DNA of 45,916 bases from assembly GCA_011046395.1 (NCBI GenBank), contig DSAQ01000053.1:1-45916 (forward strand), written 5' to 3'. Source of the DNA: Pseudomonadota bacterium (GTDB lineage Bacteria; Desulfobacterota; QYQD01). The translations under genes and the position numbers were made by a program. Below are positions 26,515 to 36,846 of the stretch, one piece after another. The notes below the pieces were generated by a model. It was not told the origin of the DNA, ran no database searches, and worked only from the letters and a program-made list of their open reading frames with translations. Within the stretch, counting starts at the first letter, position 1. Each line of letters starts with the position of its first letter.

Positions 26515-29384
26515 GTTTTCTCCTCACTTAGGAGCAAGGCCACAGGAAAATGTCTTAAGACATCCCCTATGGGCAGGGTTCCTTCACTTTTGATTATCTC
26601 TGAAGTTATGACATCCCTCCATACAGAAGGGCCATAACCGGGAAGAATAATATAGGTGTCGTCCCATATCTCTCTACCTACCGGATATCGGTCTTCGCTT
26701 ACGAGACTGGTTACAAACCTTGGAACTACGGTTATTGCCTGTAAGCCCTCACTTGATGACTTCGCCTTGTTACGCAGGGCATGTTTATGAGCCGTATACA
26801 TCTGGATCTGCGGGGTATCCATCTTCCTCATATAGGCCACTATGTGATCCTTAAACCTTCCGCCCACCTCAAGCGGAGCATAAACGCCTTTTTGGAAGAC
26901 CTCGCTATTCTCTCTTCTCGCCGCGAGCGCCCTGTTTGTCAAAAAAAGCTTAATCCTGCCATCTTCTTTCGTCAAAAAGAGTTCTTTTATTAAAGCCAAC
27001 ACGTCTTTACTTGCCTTATCCTTTATCTCCTGTAAAAATCTTTTTCTCTTTTCAAAATCTACAGGACGACGGTTATCTGGGTCTACGAGATTAAGATCCC
27101 ACAACTCTGTCCCCTGATAGAAATCCGGAAGTCCAGGCGAAGTGATCTTGATAAGAGCCTGCGAAAGAGAATTGAATATCCCATAAGAGGCCACCCGTTT
27201 CTGAAAGGGCAAAAATTCTTTTAAAAATTCATTCCCTCCCGCGGGTGTCAGAATCTCTTCGATGAAGGAGACAAACGCCTCCTCATACTCTGTATCGGGT
27301 TTCAGCCACGCCGTATGGACCTTGGCCTCCCGCACGGCCTTGACCATATAGTCCTTTACCCTTTCTATAAAGCTGGGGCGCTCGGTTTCATCGAAAGGAA
27401 AGGCCCCGATAAGTGTCTGATAGAGAAAATATTCATCATTCCGGTCTGGGACGCTGGTGCCATTTACAAGCTTCTTTTTTCTTTTGTTGATCCGGCTCCA
27501 TTTCTTGATGCTATCTTCCCATTCTTTCGGAACTTCAGACAAAATGTTAATTCTTGCCCGCACGTCTTCGCCTCTTTTCGTGTCATGGGTGGAGGTGGCA
27601 TTCACGGAGTGCGGCCAGGAATGTGCCCTTTTCTGGTTGAAGCCATGGAACTCCTTCATCGCTATACCGAATTTATCCGGACTTCCACCCACTTCATTAA
27701 GTGAAAGGAGTCGGTTATATATGTAGAAAATCGTATCCTCAAACCCTTTAGCCATCAGCGGTCCGGTGAACTGCTGAAATTTCATGACAAAATGAAACCA
27801 CTCCTCCCTTTCTTCTTCCTTAAGGTATTCCTCGAATTCGAGGAGGAGAAATTTTTCAATAAAGTCCAGTTCGTACAGCAGCCCGGGATTCCTCTGTTTG
27901 GCCTTTTTTACCGCCTCTGTTATGTACAGTTGATCTGTTTTACTAAAAGACTCCTTGCTTATATAGGTTCGATAAACTGGAAAGAGCGCCAGAACATCCA
28001 CTAAGGCCCTTTTGAGACCGTAGAGCGTAATATCACTGCTATGTCTATACCTGCCGGAGATCCTCTTCATAAGATGGGCAAGGTTGTCAACATCTCCGGC
28101 CATCTCCTTTCCTATTATGAGCCTCTTTTTATCACACACCAGATCCTCATAAGAGGTCTTTAAACGGGTAAACTCGGTGTATATTTTGCTGAATGCCCTG
28201 GCGTTTCTCGTCTTGCAAAAAATCCCATTTACATAATTCATAAAGTCATAGCCGGTTGTCCCCTGCACAGGCCAGGTGGCCGGTAACTCCTCTTCGAGGT
28301 CAAGAATTTTCTCAACCACCAGGTATACCTCCCCGGCCCTTTCTCTTAATCTTCCCAGATAACCGTTTGGATCATAGAGGCCATCTATGTGATCTACTCT
28401 CAGTCCAGTAAATTTCCCATCCTTTGCCAGGCTTATGATGAGCCCATGGGTTTGCTCTAAGACGTTTTCGTCTTCCATCCGCAAGGAGATGAGGCCGTTG
28501 ATATTGAAAAACCGCCGGTAATTTATCTCCTCGGTGGCCACCTTCCAAAAAGATAATCTAAAGAACTGTTCGGAAAGGAGGCTATCGAGCCTGTTAAAGC
28601 TCTCCGCCACCCCCTTTGTACCATTAAAGATTTCTATATTTTCATCAGTGAATCTCTTTATATCAGGATTTTCTCTGTAAAGCTCCCAAAGCATCCTCTT
28701 TATAAACCGTATCTGCTGGTAGCGTTCACTGACGTCTTCTCTGGATACAGGCATATTCTTTATGGAATAGAGGATGCCCAGCAACTTTATAAAATCCGGA
28801 TGGTCTTCACCCAGCTTTTTCCGCAATGTGTTTAATCTGTGGGTGATAACACTGGCATATGATTCCGGTCTTAGCGGCAGTTTCAAATCATAGTAGCGGA
28901 CACTAAAACCATCCCGGTCATATTGTAATTTAATTTCTTCCTCTTCTAAGGACTCCCCATAAAGCCGTCCCAGGAAAGGAACGAGGAGTCTTCCCTGAAT
29001 GCTTTCATACGGATGGCTCCATTCTATGTCAAAGAAATCAAAATACTCCGAACTCTGACCATTTTCCAGGACGTCCATAAGCATGGCATTTTCGCCATCA
29101 AAGGCCATGTGGTTCGGGACTATATCCTGAATCCAGCCCATTCCCCGGGCCTTTGATGCCCTTATCAGTTCTTCGAAGTCCTCAGCGCTCCCCAGCTCAG
29201 GGTTTAGCTGATTGGTATCTACCACATCGTATCCATGCAGACTTCCCTTCTTCGCTTTAAATATGGGGGAGGCATAAACATCGGAGACCCCGAGGTCAAA
29301 AAGAAACTGCACTATCTCCTTGGCCTTTTTAAACCCAAAGGTAGGATTAAACTGAAGTCTATAAGTAGCTGACGGGATCCTCAT
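26511..29384 (-). CDS. treY: Malto-oligosyltrehalose synthase
   Basis: [59 protein letters not shown]. Confidence 0.95.
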   Translation of the reverse strand: MRIPSATYRLQFNPTFGFKKAKEIVQFLFDLGVSDVYASPIFKAKKGSLHGYDVVDTNQLNPELGSAEDFEELIRASKARGMGWIQDIVPNHMAFDGENAMLMDVLENGQSSEYFDFFDIEWSHPYESIQGRLLVPFLGRLYGESLEEEEIKLQYDRDGFSVRYYDLKLPLRPESYASVITHRLNTLRKKLGEDHPDFIKLLGILYSIKNMPVSREDVSERYQQIRFIKRMLWELYRENPDIKRFTDENIEIFNGTKGVAESFNRLDSLLSEQFFRLSFWKVATEEINYRRFFNINGLISLRMEDENVLEQTHGLIISLAKDGKFTGLRVDHIDGLYDPNGYLGRLRERAGEVYLVVEKILDLEEELPATWPVQGTTGYDFMNYVNGIFCKTRNARAFSKIYTEFTRLKTSYEDLVCDKKRLIIGKEMAGDVDNLAHLMKRISGRYRHSSDITLYGLKRALVDVLALFPVYRTYISKESFSKTDQLYITEAVKKAKQRNPGLLYELDFIEKFLLLEFEEYLKEEEREEWFHFVMKFQQFTGPLMAKGFEDTIFYIYNRLLSLNEVGGSPDKFGIAMKEFHGFNQKRAHSWPHSVNATSTHDTKRGEDVRARINILSEVPKEWEDSIKKWSRINKRKKKLVNGTSVPDRNDEYFLYQTLIGAFPFDETERPSFIERVKDYMVKAVREAKVHTAWLKPDTEYEEAFVSFIEEILTPAGGNEFLKEFLPFQKRVASYGIFNSLSQALIKITSPGLPDFYQGTELWDLNLVDPDNRRPVDFEKRKRFLQEIKDKASKDVLALIKELFLTKEDGRIKLFLTNRALAARRENSEVFQKGVYAPLEVGGRFKDHIVAYMRKMDTPQIQMYTAHKHALRNKAKSSSEGLQAITVVPRFVTSLVSEDRYPVGREIWDDTYIILPGYGPSVWRDVITSEIIKSEGTLPIGDVLRHFPVALLLSEEKT

Positions 29385-29411
29385 TCTTGAACCTTCATTA
29401 AAACCGCTCCA

Positions 29412-31250
29412 CTAAGCAATTCCTTTCTTTATATACATGACAAGGCCCTGTGCCCGCAGGGTTATCTTGTCCCCAGAAGCGATCGCTTGCGGGAGAAGGG
29501 TGCCCGGCCCATGCCACACACGGTCAGAAGAGTCCAGCACCTTTTGCCATTTTCCTGCCGGCAAAGAAACTGTGATTGCAATATCCGCTTTATTGAAATT
29601 AAAGATGCAGAAAACGTGGCTCTTTTCTGCATCTTTCCACCTTCTCATAAATAAAACCTCCTGCTCCTCAAGCCCCCATGCATCAAGGTTATCTTTATCC
29701 AGAGCGGAAAGCGCTGGAATCTCTCGCCTCAGCCTTATGAGATCCTGATAAAATTTGAGTAAAACATTGTGATTTCCTTCATCCCTACTCCCCCAGTTTA
29801 TCTTCGCCTTTAGAAATGTCTCTCCACTCTGAGGATCAGGAGGCTCTCCCTTCCAGCTAAAGGCATTGAACTCCTCCTTCCTTCCTTCCCTCACGGCTTC
29901 GATCAAATCCGCATCAGAATGGCTGACAAAATAAAGGAATGGAGCCTCCTCACCGTATTCCTCACCCATAAAGAGAAGCGGTATATAGGGAGAAAGCAAA
30001 ATAACACCAGATGCCAGTTTAAGCGCTTCAAACGAGACCAGGCTTGATAACCTATCCCCAAGCATTCTGTTTCCAACCTGGTCATGATTCTGTGCAAATA
30101 CAACAAATTGGTTCGCTGGCCTCTCCTTGGCAGAATTTCCGTGACTTCGTCTTCTATAACAGGAATACTGCCCGGAATATATAAATCCTTCTCTTATAGA
30201 CTTTATAAGGTGATCTATCTGGCCAAAGTCAACGTAGTACCCCTGATCCTCTCCGGTAAGAAGGACATGGAGGGCGTGGTGGAAATCATCGCACCACTGG
30301 GCATTAATGCCATATCCACCAACTTCCCTGGGTCGTATCACTCTGGAGTCATTCAAATCGCTCTCCGCTATCAGATAAACCTTTCTCCTTTCCTGATTCG
30401 AAAATTCTTCAACCCTTTCTGCAAGCTCTTGAAGAAATGGTCTGGCGCTCATGTCAAATATGCCGTGGATAGCGTCAAGACGAAGGGCATCAATATGATA
30501 AACCTGAAACCAATATAGAGCATTCTCTATAAAATAGTTCTTTACCTCGTCACTATAAGCTCCGTCAAAATTTATAGCCTGTCCCCAGGGGGTTTTATAT
30601 CTATCAGTAAAGTACGGTCCATAGTCCCACAGATAGTTTCCCTCCGGGCCGAGGTGATTATAGACGACATCCAGTATCACGGCCATCCCCTTTTTGTGGC
30701 AGGCATTGACCAGTTTTTTGAGTCCATCCGGCCCGCCATAAGAGTCTTGTACGGCAAAAGGATACACGCCGTCATAACCCCAATTTCTCTCCCCCGGGAA
30801 TTGGGCCACAGGCATTATCTCTATGGCGTTGACCCCGAGATCCTTAAGCTCATCAAGCCTGGGGATTACCGCCTCAAAAGTGCCTTCAGGCGTAAACGCC
30901 CCCACATGGAGTTCATAGATTATCATCTCAGATAGGTCTAATCCCCTCCAGATATCGTCGCCCCAATGAAAAGAATGGTGATCGACTACTTGAGAAGGCC
31001 CATGTACGCCTTCAGACTGAAAATAGGATGCGGGATCAGGTCTGTCCCGTTCGCCTTCAAGCCGGTAAAAGTAGCGTGTTCCGGGAAGCACATCTTCTAC
31101 CCGTGTCTTCCAGTAGCCTCTTTCATCCCTGCTCAATGAAACGAGCCGTTCCCGTGGAGAGACTATCTTTAATTTTACCTCTTTGAGGAGTGGAGCCCAG
31201 GCAGTAAATTCGCAACGCCCATTTCCCAGATAATGGGCCCCAATTCTCAT
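29412..31250 (-). CDS. treZ: Malto-oligosyltrehalose trehalohydrolase
   Basis: RNWGYDGV, DVVYNHLGPEGNY, LRLDAIH, IAESDLND, QNHDQVGNR. Start set at ATG 31250 (MRIGAH); an alternative in-frame ATG lies at 31316. The longer 683-aa ORF reads through repeats. Confidence 0.93.
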   Translation of the reverse strand: MRIGAHYLGNGRCEFTAWAPLLKEVKLKIVSPRERLVSLSRDERGYWKTRVEDVLPGTRYFYRLEGERDRPDPASYFQSEGVHGPSQVVDHHSFHWGDDIWRGLDLSEMIIYELHVGAFTPEGTFEAVIPRLDELKDLGVNAIEIMPVAQFPGERNWGYDGVYPFAVQDSYGGPDGLKKLVNACHKKGMAVILDVVYNHLGPEGNYLWDYGPYFTDRYKTPWGQAINFDGAYSDEVKNYFIENALYWFQVYHIDALRLDAIHGIFDMSARPFLQELAERVEEFSNQERRKVYLIAESDLNDSRVIRPREVGGYGINAQWCDDFHHALHVLLTGEDQGYYVDFGQIDHLIKSIREGFIYSGQYSCYRRRSHGNSAKERPANQFVVFAQNHDQVGNRMLGDRLSSLVSFEALKLASGVILLSPYIPLLFMGEEYGEEAPFLYFVSHSDADLIEAVREGRKEEFNAFSWKGEPPDPQSGETFLKAKINWGSRDEGNHNVLLKFYQDLIRLRREIPALSALDKDNLDAWGLEEQEVLFMRRWKDAEKSHVFCIFNFNKADIAITVSLPAGKWQKVLDSSDRVWHGPGTLLPQAIASGDKITLRAQGLVMYIKKGIA

Positions 31251-31308
31251 CTGAAAATCCCCCACACCCCCCTTTTCCAAAGGGGGGTGTGGGGGGATTC
31301 GGGGGATT
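31251..31308. repeat. G/C-run palindromic element with 8-bp target duplication at the treZ start
   Basis: AATCCCCCACACCCCCCTT-TTCCA-AAGGGGGGTGTGGGGGGATT-type hairpin flanked by ATTCTCAT at both 31243-31250 and 31309-31316. Confidence 0.78.
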
Positions 31309-31352
31309 ATTCTCATTGTCCCTTGTCCGTCGCAGACAGATGTGTATTTCAG

Positions 31353-31430
31353 GTATCCGTTCACCGTTATCAGTTCACCGTTGTCCGTAAGAACCTGAAA
31401 AGCTTTTTTCGGTGAACAGTGAACGGTTAC
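31353..31430. mobile_element. MITE of the GTA(A/T)CCGTTCAC family with 8-bp target duplication
   Basis: TIRs GTATCCGTTCACCGTT / GTAACCGTTCACTGTT (14/16); flanks TATTTCAG (31345-31352) and TATTTCAT (31431-31438). Confidence 0.8.
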
Positions 31431-31434
31431 TATT

Positions 31435-33354
31435 TCATTTTCCTTCGCTCTTAAAAAAGACAACGCTGAGCGGTGGTAAGATTAGAGATAAAGAATGGTA
31501 TTGCCCATGCGCCGGAACCGGGGCTGCTTCAACGCCCCCGGAATTTCCCCAATTGCCTCCCCAGTATATCCGGGCATCGCTGTTTAAAACCTCTCTCCAG
31601 AAGCCTCCCCGTGGAACCCCGACCCTGTAATTCTGTCTGGGAACCGGGGTGAGGTTACAGACTACGAGGATAATATCGTCTGTACTTTTACCTCTTCGCG
31701 TATAACTTATGACGCTCCCTTCCCAATCAGAGCTGTCTATCCAGGCAAAGCCTTGATTGTTAAAATCCAGTTCGTACAGGGCCGGCTCAGCCCTATAAAA
31801 GTGGTTCAGGTCTTTGACCCACCTTTGTAACCCGTGATGGGAGGGATATTCGAGAACATGCCATTCCAGACTCTCCTCGTGATTCCACTCTTTCCACTGA
31901 CCAAATTCGTCTCCCATAAACAATAGCTTCTTTCCGGGGTGGCCGTACATGTATCCGAATAATAGTCTGAGGTTTGCATACCTCTGCCACTCATCCCCGG
32001 GCATCTTTCCGGACAGCGCGCCTTTTCCATGAACTACCTCGTCGTGGGAAAGAGGAAGGACGAAGTTCTCGGAAAAGGCATACCAGATGCTAAAGGTAAG
32101 CTGGTTGTGATGATACTTTCTAAAGACAGGATCGTTAGAAAAATAATCCAGCGTATCGTGCATCCAGCCCATGTTCCACTTCATGCCAAATCCCAGCCCG
32201 CCCACATATGCCGGCCTGGAGACCATAGGCCAGGCCGTGGACTCTTCCGCTATGGTCTGAACGTCGGGATAATTTTCGTAAACCGCCTCATTAAACCTCC
32301 TTATGAACCTTACGGCCTCTATATTTTCGTTCCCTCCATACTCGTTTGGTATCCAATCTCCGCCCGTTCTCGCATAGTCCAGGTAAAGCATAGAGGCCAC
32401 GGCATCCACCCTCAACCCATCAATATGGTATTTGCCAAGCCAGAAGAGGGCGCTGCTGATAAGAAAATTTTTCACCTCGTTTCGCCCATAGTTAAAGATG
32501 GCGCTTTTCCAATCAGGGTGAAATCCTTTTCTAGGGTCTTCGTGTTCATAAACGTGCGTGCCATCAAAATAGACGAGTCCGTGCTCGTCATTTGGAAAAT
32601 GGGAAGGTACCCAATCAAGGATAATGGCTATCCCGTTTTGATGGAGGTGATCAACAAAGTACATGAAATCCTGAGGCGTTCCGAACCGGCTGGATGGCGC
32701 AAAGTAGCCTGTGGTCTGGTACCCCCAGGAGCCGTAGAACGGGTGTTCCATTATTGGTAATAGTTCGATATGGGTGAAACCCATCTCCTTCATATAATCC
32801 GCCAGGTAATGGGCCATCTCCCGGTAGGTAAGGAACCGGTTACCCTCTTCGGGGACCCGCCGCCAGGATCCGAGGTGTAATTCGTAGATAGCAAAGGGGG
32901 AGTCAAGCCCGTTACGTTTATACCGATTCTGCATCCATTCGGCATCGTTCCATTCATAGCCTAGCTCCCATACCACAGTAGCGGTTTTGGGTGAAAGCTC
33001 CCACAGATAGGCATAGGGATCGCCCTTGTCCACTTTATAATCGTTATAATTTGAGACGATGTGATACTTATAAAGCGCGCCCTGGCTGACCCCGGAAACA
33101 AAACCCTCCCAGATGCCGGAGGCGTCCTCTCTTGACTTTAAGGGATGGGTTTCCGGAACCCATGCGTTGAACTCACCGACCACGGATACCCTGTTGGCAT
33201 TGGGCGCCCAGACGGCAAAGTAAGTCCCTCGGGTGTCACCCACAGACATTACGTGTGCCCCCAGTTTGTCATACAGTTGAAAGTGATTCCCCTCTTTGAA
33301 GAGATAAATATCATGCTCTGTGAATAGGCTAACATCGTATCGTACGCTTCCCAT
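31435..33354 (-). CDS. glgB: 1,4-alpha-glucan branching enzyme
   Basis: [57 protein letters not shown]. Confidence 0.96.
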   Translation of the reverse strand: MGSVRYDVSLFTEHDIYLFKEGNHFQLYDKLGAHVMSVGDTRGTYFAVWAPNANRVSVVGEFNAWVPETHPLKSREDASGIWEGFVSGVSQGALYKYHIVSNYNDYKVDKGDPYAYLWELSPKTATVVWELGYEWNDAEWMQNRYKRNGLDSPFAIYELHLGSWRRVPEEGNRFLTYREMAHYLADYMKEMGFTHIELLPIMEHPFYGSWGYQTTGYFAPSSRFGTPQDFMYFVDHLHQNGIAIILDWVPSHFPNDEHGLVYFDGTHVYEHEDPRKGFHPDWKSAIFNYGRNEVKNFLISSALFWLGKYHIDGLRVDAVASMLYLDYARTGGDWIPNEYGGNENIEAVRFIRRFNEAVYENYPDVQTIAEESTAWPMVSRPAYVGGLGFGMKWNMGWMHDTLDYFSNDPVFRKYHHNQLTFSIWYAFSENFVLPLSHDEVVHGKGALSGKMPGDEWQRYANLRLLFGYMYGHPGKKLLFMGDEFGQWKEWNHEESLEWHVLEYPSHHGLQRWVKDLNHFYRAEPALYELDFNNQGFAWIDSSDWEGSVISYTRRGKSTDDIILVVCNLTPVPRQNYRVGVPRGGFWREVLNSDARIYWGGNWGNSGGVEAAPVPAHGQYHSLSLILPPLSVVFFKSEGK

Positions 33355-33414
33355 TTTACCTCCCTGTCTTTTTCAATCAAAAATACCCTTATACCTAAAT
33401 TGAGCGATTTAAAA

Positions 33415-33484
33415 ACCACAGAGTGCACAGAGAAAGAGGGTCTTTTCTTTTATTTATCATGTTCTTCTCTGTGTTCTCTGTGGT
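33415..33484. repeat. ACCACAGAG-type inverted repeat between treS and glgB
   Basis: 20-bp arms at 33415-33434 and 33465-33484 (18/20 complementary), 9-nt periodic; related to the arms inside the 15295 MITE and to 45708-45727. Confidence 0.72.
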
Positions 33485-33501
33485 GAATCGCCTTTTTTAG
33501 G

Positions 33502-36500
33502 TTATATACCACTTTTTAAGATACACTGTACGCCCCTGACGGGAATAATAATCCAATCAGGACGATTATTCAGTTCATAACCAAGTTCATAAATCGCTTT
33601 GTCCAAAAGGAAGGCATGGAGGAGGGTTTCGAGCTCTCCTTTTTCATGCGGGATGAAAGGAGCTTCTCCACAGGTCTCCAGATAGGAATGGAGGAATATC
33701 CCGCTCACATAGTGATACCACAGGTCAGCCCATGGCTCCAGCAGAGGCTTATCTTTGGCTCGCAGCGATGCATCCAGAAAAAGGGCATTATAGGCCGCAT
33801 AATGAAAGGAGCGAATCATGCCCGCCACATCCCGAAGAGGCGAACGCTTCAATCTCCTTTCACTGAGTGTCCGTGCTGGTTCACCCTCGAAGTCTATAAT
33901 CACGAAATCCTTTCCGGTAAAAAGAACCTGGCCCAGGTGATAATCTCCGTGAATACGAATCTTCATCGCGGAGATCTTTTCCGGCAAAATTTTCTGGAAG
34001 CGGGCCAGAATCTCTTGCTCAGAAGCCAGAATTGCAGATGCGTCCTTTTGCACACCTTCGCGCAGTCTTTTGAGGTTTTTCCCCAGAGATTGTAGCACCC
34101 GCCGCGCTAAGCTCCGCATAGACTGATATACAGATCTTTGATAAAGCGTTGAGAAGGGTTCAGGGGCAAAATCTGCATCCCCGGATACGGATGATAAGGC
34201 GAGATGCAATTCTGCGGTTCGCTTTCCCAGGAGGCGAGCCGTTTCGAAATAAACGCCGCCTATTAATTCCTGCACCAGCGGTGGAATGGCGGAAAATTCG
34301 ATGCCCAGCAGGGAGGTAGGTATTTCCGGCACATGCCGAATCTCTCGTCTCCTGGACAGAATGCGCTCGAAATATTCGCGCACTGCGTCCAGTGTGTACG
34401 TCCAGGCATCGCCTTGATTGGGGACAAAACCCTGCAAGAGGCCGATTAATATCGGCTCCGAGCCCTGATGCCGGTACTCAATGGCACCGGCAAAAGGGGG
34501 AACCTGGGAAAAGTCCGTCTTTTCCGTGAGGAATCTCAAGATTTCAAGGTCAGGATTTACTCCTTCTTCGAGCCGCCGGCAGAGCTTTAAGAAAAACTTA
34601 TCCTCATAAAGGACGGAGGTATTGCTTTGTTCGGCCTTGAGTACTTGAGAGGTCAATAGCAGCGCCTTATCAGACAGCAGGCTGCGGAATTCCCTACCCG
34701 GGAAAGCGACAAGCTCTCCCCTCTTGCCCTTTATCCGTTTTCTTTGCGCAATCATGGCCAGAAGACTCTCACGGACCTTCTGGTCATAAATGCCGTCGCA
34801 GAGAATCCCCTCTTCATCCCCGATATGCAAGCATGCGATTACGGCCTGCGGAAATTCTTGTGTAATCTGCTTGGCCTTAGCCCCTTGGATGTATGAGACA
34901 GCAAGTGAATATATCTCCATCGTACCCTCTGTATAACCCACCTCCAACAAGACTAATTGAGTCACATCGGCATTTTTAGAAATCGGTATACTTTCCAGGA
35001 TCTTAACCTGCCGGATCGTCCGTGCCTTTCCGGCAAACCAACGACAACCTCTTAGGTAACCCGGAAGGATTTTTTTCTCCAGTATTTCCCGGGCATCATC
35101 CTCCAGAACCGTCTCCCAGTTCCCCTCTACGCGCAGCCCCGGAATGGCTATTTTTTCACAGACGCTGACAGGCTCTCGTCTCTCTTTTAGTAAAAGCCAA
35201 TAGTGATCGTAGGGCCCGAATGTGAGTACATAAGGTGACTTTTTTATGATCGGGAATTTATTTTGACTGAAGACCTCTTCCGGCACAAATCCGGCATATT
35301 GTGAAAGGTCGAGTCCGCCCACTTGAGAAAACCTGGACAGGTTTATAACCACGAGTATATTTTCATCCTCATACCGGCGGATAAATGCCAGTACCTTCGG
35401 GTTATTGGGCGAAAGGAATTCTATGGTTCCCCGACCAAAGGCCTTAAAGCGTTTCCGCATACCTATGACGCGTTTCATCCACCAGAGGAGTGAAGATAAG
35501 TTCCGTTCGTGGTTCTCCACGTTTACTGACTCGTAGTGATACTCAGGGTCGATAATCACCGGCAGATACAGCTTCTGGGGATTCACCTTAGAAAAGCCGG
35601 CATTCCTGTCCGGACTCCACTGCATTGGTGTTCTAACGCCATTCCGGTCACCGAGATAATAGTTGTCACCCATGCCAATCTCGTCGCCATAGTAAATAAT
35701 GGGTGTACCCGGAAGAGAAAAGAGGAGGATATTCATAAGTTCTATCTTCCTTCGATTATTACCGACCAGTGGCGCCAGACGCCGGCGAATACCCAGGTTG
35801 ATTCTGGCGCGCGGGTCTCTGGCATAGACCCGGTACATATAGTCACGCTCTTCATCTGTAACCATCTCCAGGGTTAATTCATCGTGATTACGAAGGAATA
35901 GCGCCCACTGAGCGGATTCAGGTACAGCGGGAGTTTGTTCGAGGATGTCTATAATCGGATAATGATCCTCCATCCAAAGCGACATAAACATCCTGGGCAT
36001 AAGGGGGAAATGAAAGGCCATGTGGCATTCATCACCGTCACCAAAATAGGCCGTGGCATCTTCCGGCCACTGGTTGGCCTCTGCCAGAAGCATTCGGTTT
36101 TTAAACTTACCATCTATATAAGCCCTTAATTTCTTTAGGAAGGCGTACGTCTCGGGCAGGTTTTCGCAGTTGGTTCCCTCCCGTTCATATAAATAGGGGA
36201 TAGCGTCCAATCGCAGACCGTCTACCCCCATGTCAAACCAGAAATCAATCACCCGGAACAGCGCCTTTTGTACCTGGGGATTGTCAAAATTCAGGTCCGG
36301 TTGATGGGAATAAAAACGGTGCCAGTAATACGCCTTGGTCATGGGATCCCAGGCCCAGTTTGAAGGTTCAAAGTCTTTAAAGATGATCCGGGCGTCCTTG
36401 TATTTTTCCGGGGTATCACTCCAGACGTAAAAGTTTCGCCATGTCGAACCCGGCTTCGCCTGTCTGGCTCGTTGAAACCACAAATGCTGATCAGAGGTGT

Positions 36501-36834
36501 GGTTTAAAACAAGCTCCGTAATAACCCGCATGCCGCGTCGATGGGCCTGCCTCAGAAGCTCCCGAAAATCTCGCAGACTGCCATAATCTTGATGAACATT
36601 GTAATAGTCCGCAATGTCATACCCATCATCCCTGAGGGGAGACGGATAAAAAGGCAAAAGCCATAGAGCTGTCACCCCCAGATGTTCGAGGTAATCGAGT
36701 TTCTCTATAAGCCCTCGAAAGTCACCTATGCCATCTCCGTTGCTGTCGTAAAACGTCTTTATGTGGAGTTCATAGATGATGGCATCCTTGTACCATAAAG
36801 GATCGTCATCGAGATATACCTCTTTCTTAGGCAT
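33502..36834 (-). CDS. treS: Trehalose synthase fused to maltokinase (TreS-Pep2/Mak)
   Basis: GH13 TreS motifs (SPLRDDGYD, RLDAIPYL, FLRNHDELTLEMV, DRNGVRTPMQW) followed by kinase motifs (EQSNTS, RIHGDYHLGQVL, IDFEGEP, YELNNRPDW). Confidence 0.95.
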   Translation of the reverse strand: MPKKEVYLDDDPLWYKDAIIYELHIKTFYDSNGDGIGDFRGLIEKLDYLEHLGVTALWLLPFYPSPLRDDGYDIADYYNVHQDYGSLRDFRELLRQAHRRGMRVITELVLNHTSDQHLWFQRARQAKPGSTWRNFYVWSDTPEKYKDARIIFKDFEPSNWAWDPMTKAYYWHRFYSHQPDLNFDNPQVQKALFRVIDFWFDMGVDGLRLDAIPYLYEREGTNCENLPETYAFLKKLRAYIDGKFKNRMLLAEANQWPEDATAYFGDGDECHMAFHFPLMPRMFMSLWMEDHYPIIDILEQTPAVPESAQWALFLRNHDELTLEMVTDEERDYMYRVYARDPRARINLGIRRRLAPLVGNNRRKIELMNILLFSLPGTPIIYYGDEIGMGDNYYLGDRNGVRTPMQWSPDRNAGFSKVNPQKLYLPVIIDPEYHYESVNVENHERNLSSLLWWMKRVIGMRKRFKAFGRGTIEFLSPNNPKVLAFIRRYEDENILVVINLSRFSQVGGLDLSQYAGFVPEEVFSQNKFPIIKKSPYVLTFGPYDHYWLLLKERREPVSVCEKIAIPGLRVEGNWETVLEDDAREILEKKILPGYLRGCRWFAGKARTIRQVKILESIPISKNADVTQLVLLEVGYTEGTMEIYSLAVSYIQGAKAKQITQEFPQAVIACLHIGDEEGILCDGIYDQKVRESLLAMIAQRKRIKGKRGELVAFPGREFRSLLSDKALLLTSQVLKAEQSNTSVLYEDKFFLKLCRRLEEGVNPDLEILRFLTEKTDFSQVPPFAGAIEYRHQGSEPILIGLLQGFVPNQGDAWTYTLDAVREYFERILSRRREIRHVPEIPTSLLGIEFSAIPPLVQELIGGVYFETARLLGKRTAELHLALSSVSGDADFAPEPFSTLYQRSVYQSMRSLARRVLQSLGKNLKRLREGVQKDASAILASEQEILARFQKILPEKISAMKIRIHGDYHLGQVLFTGKDFVIIDFEGEPARTLSERRLKRSPLRDVAGMIRSFHYAAYNALFLDASLRAKDKPLLEPWADLWYHYVSGIFLHSYLETCGEAPFIPHEKGELETLLHAFLLDKAIYELGYELNNRPDWIIIPVRGVQCILKSGI

Positions 36835-36846
36835 TAACCTATCTCC

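Noticed and set aside
31317-31463. N-terminal extension of the 683-aa treZ ORF
   Set aside because: Overlaps the glgB 3' end and translates a MITE; not part of the GH13 protein.
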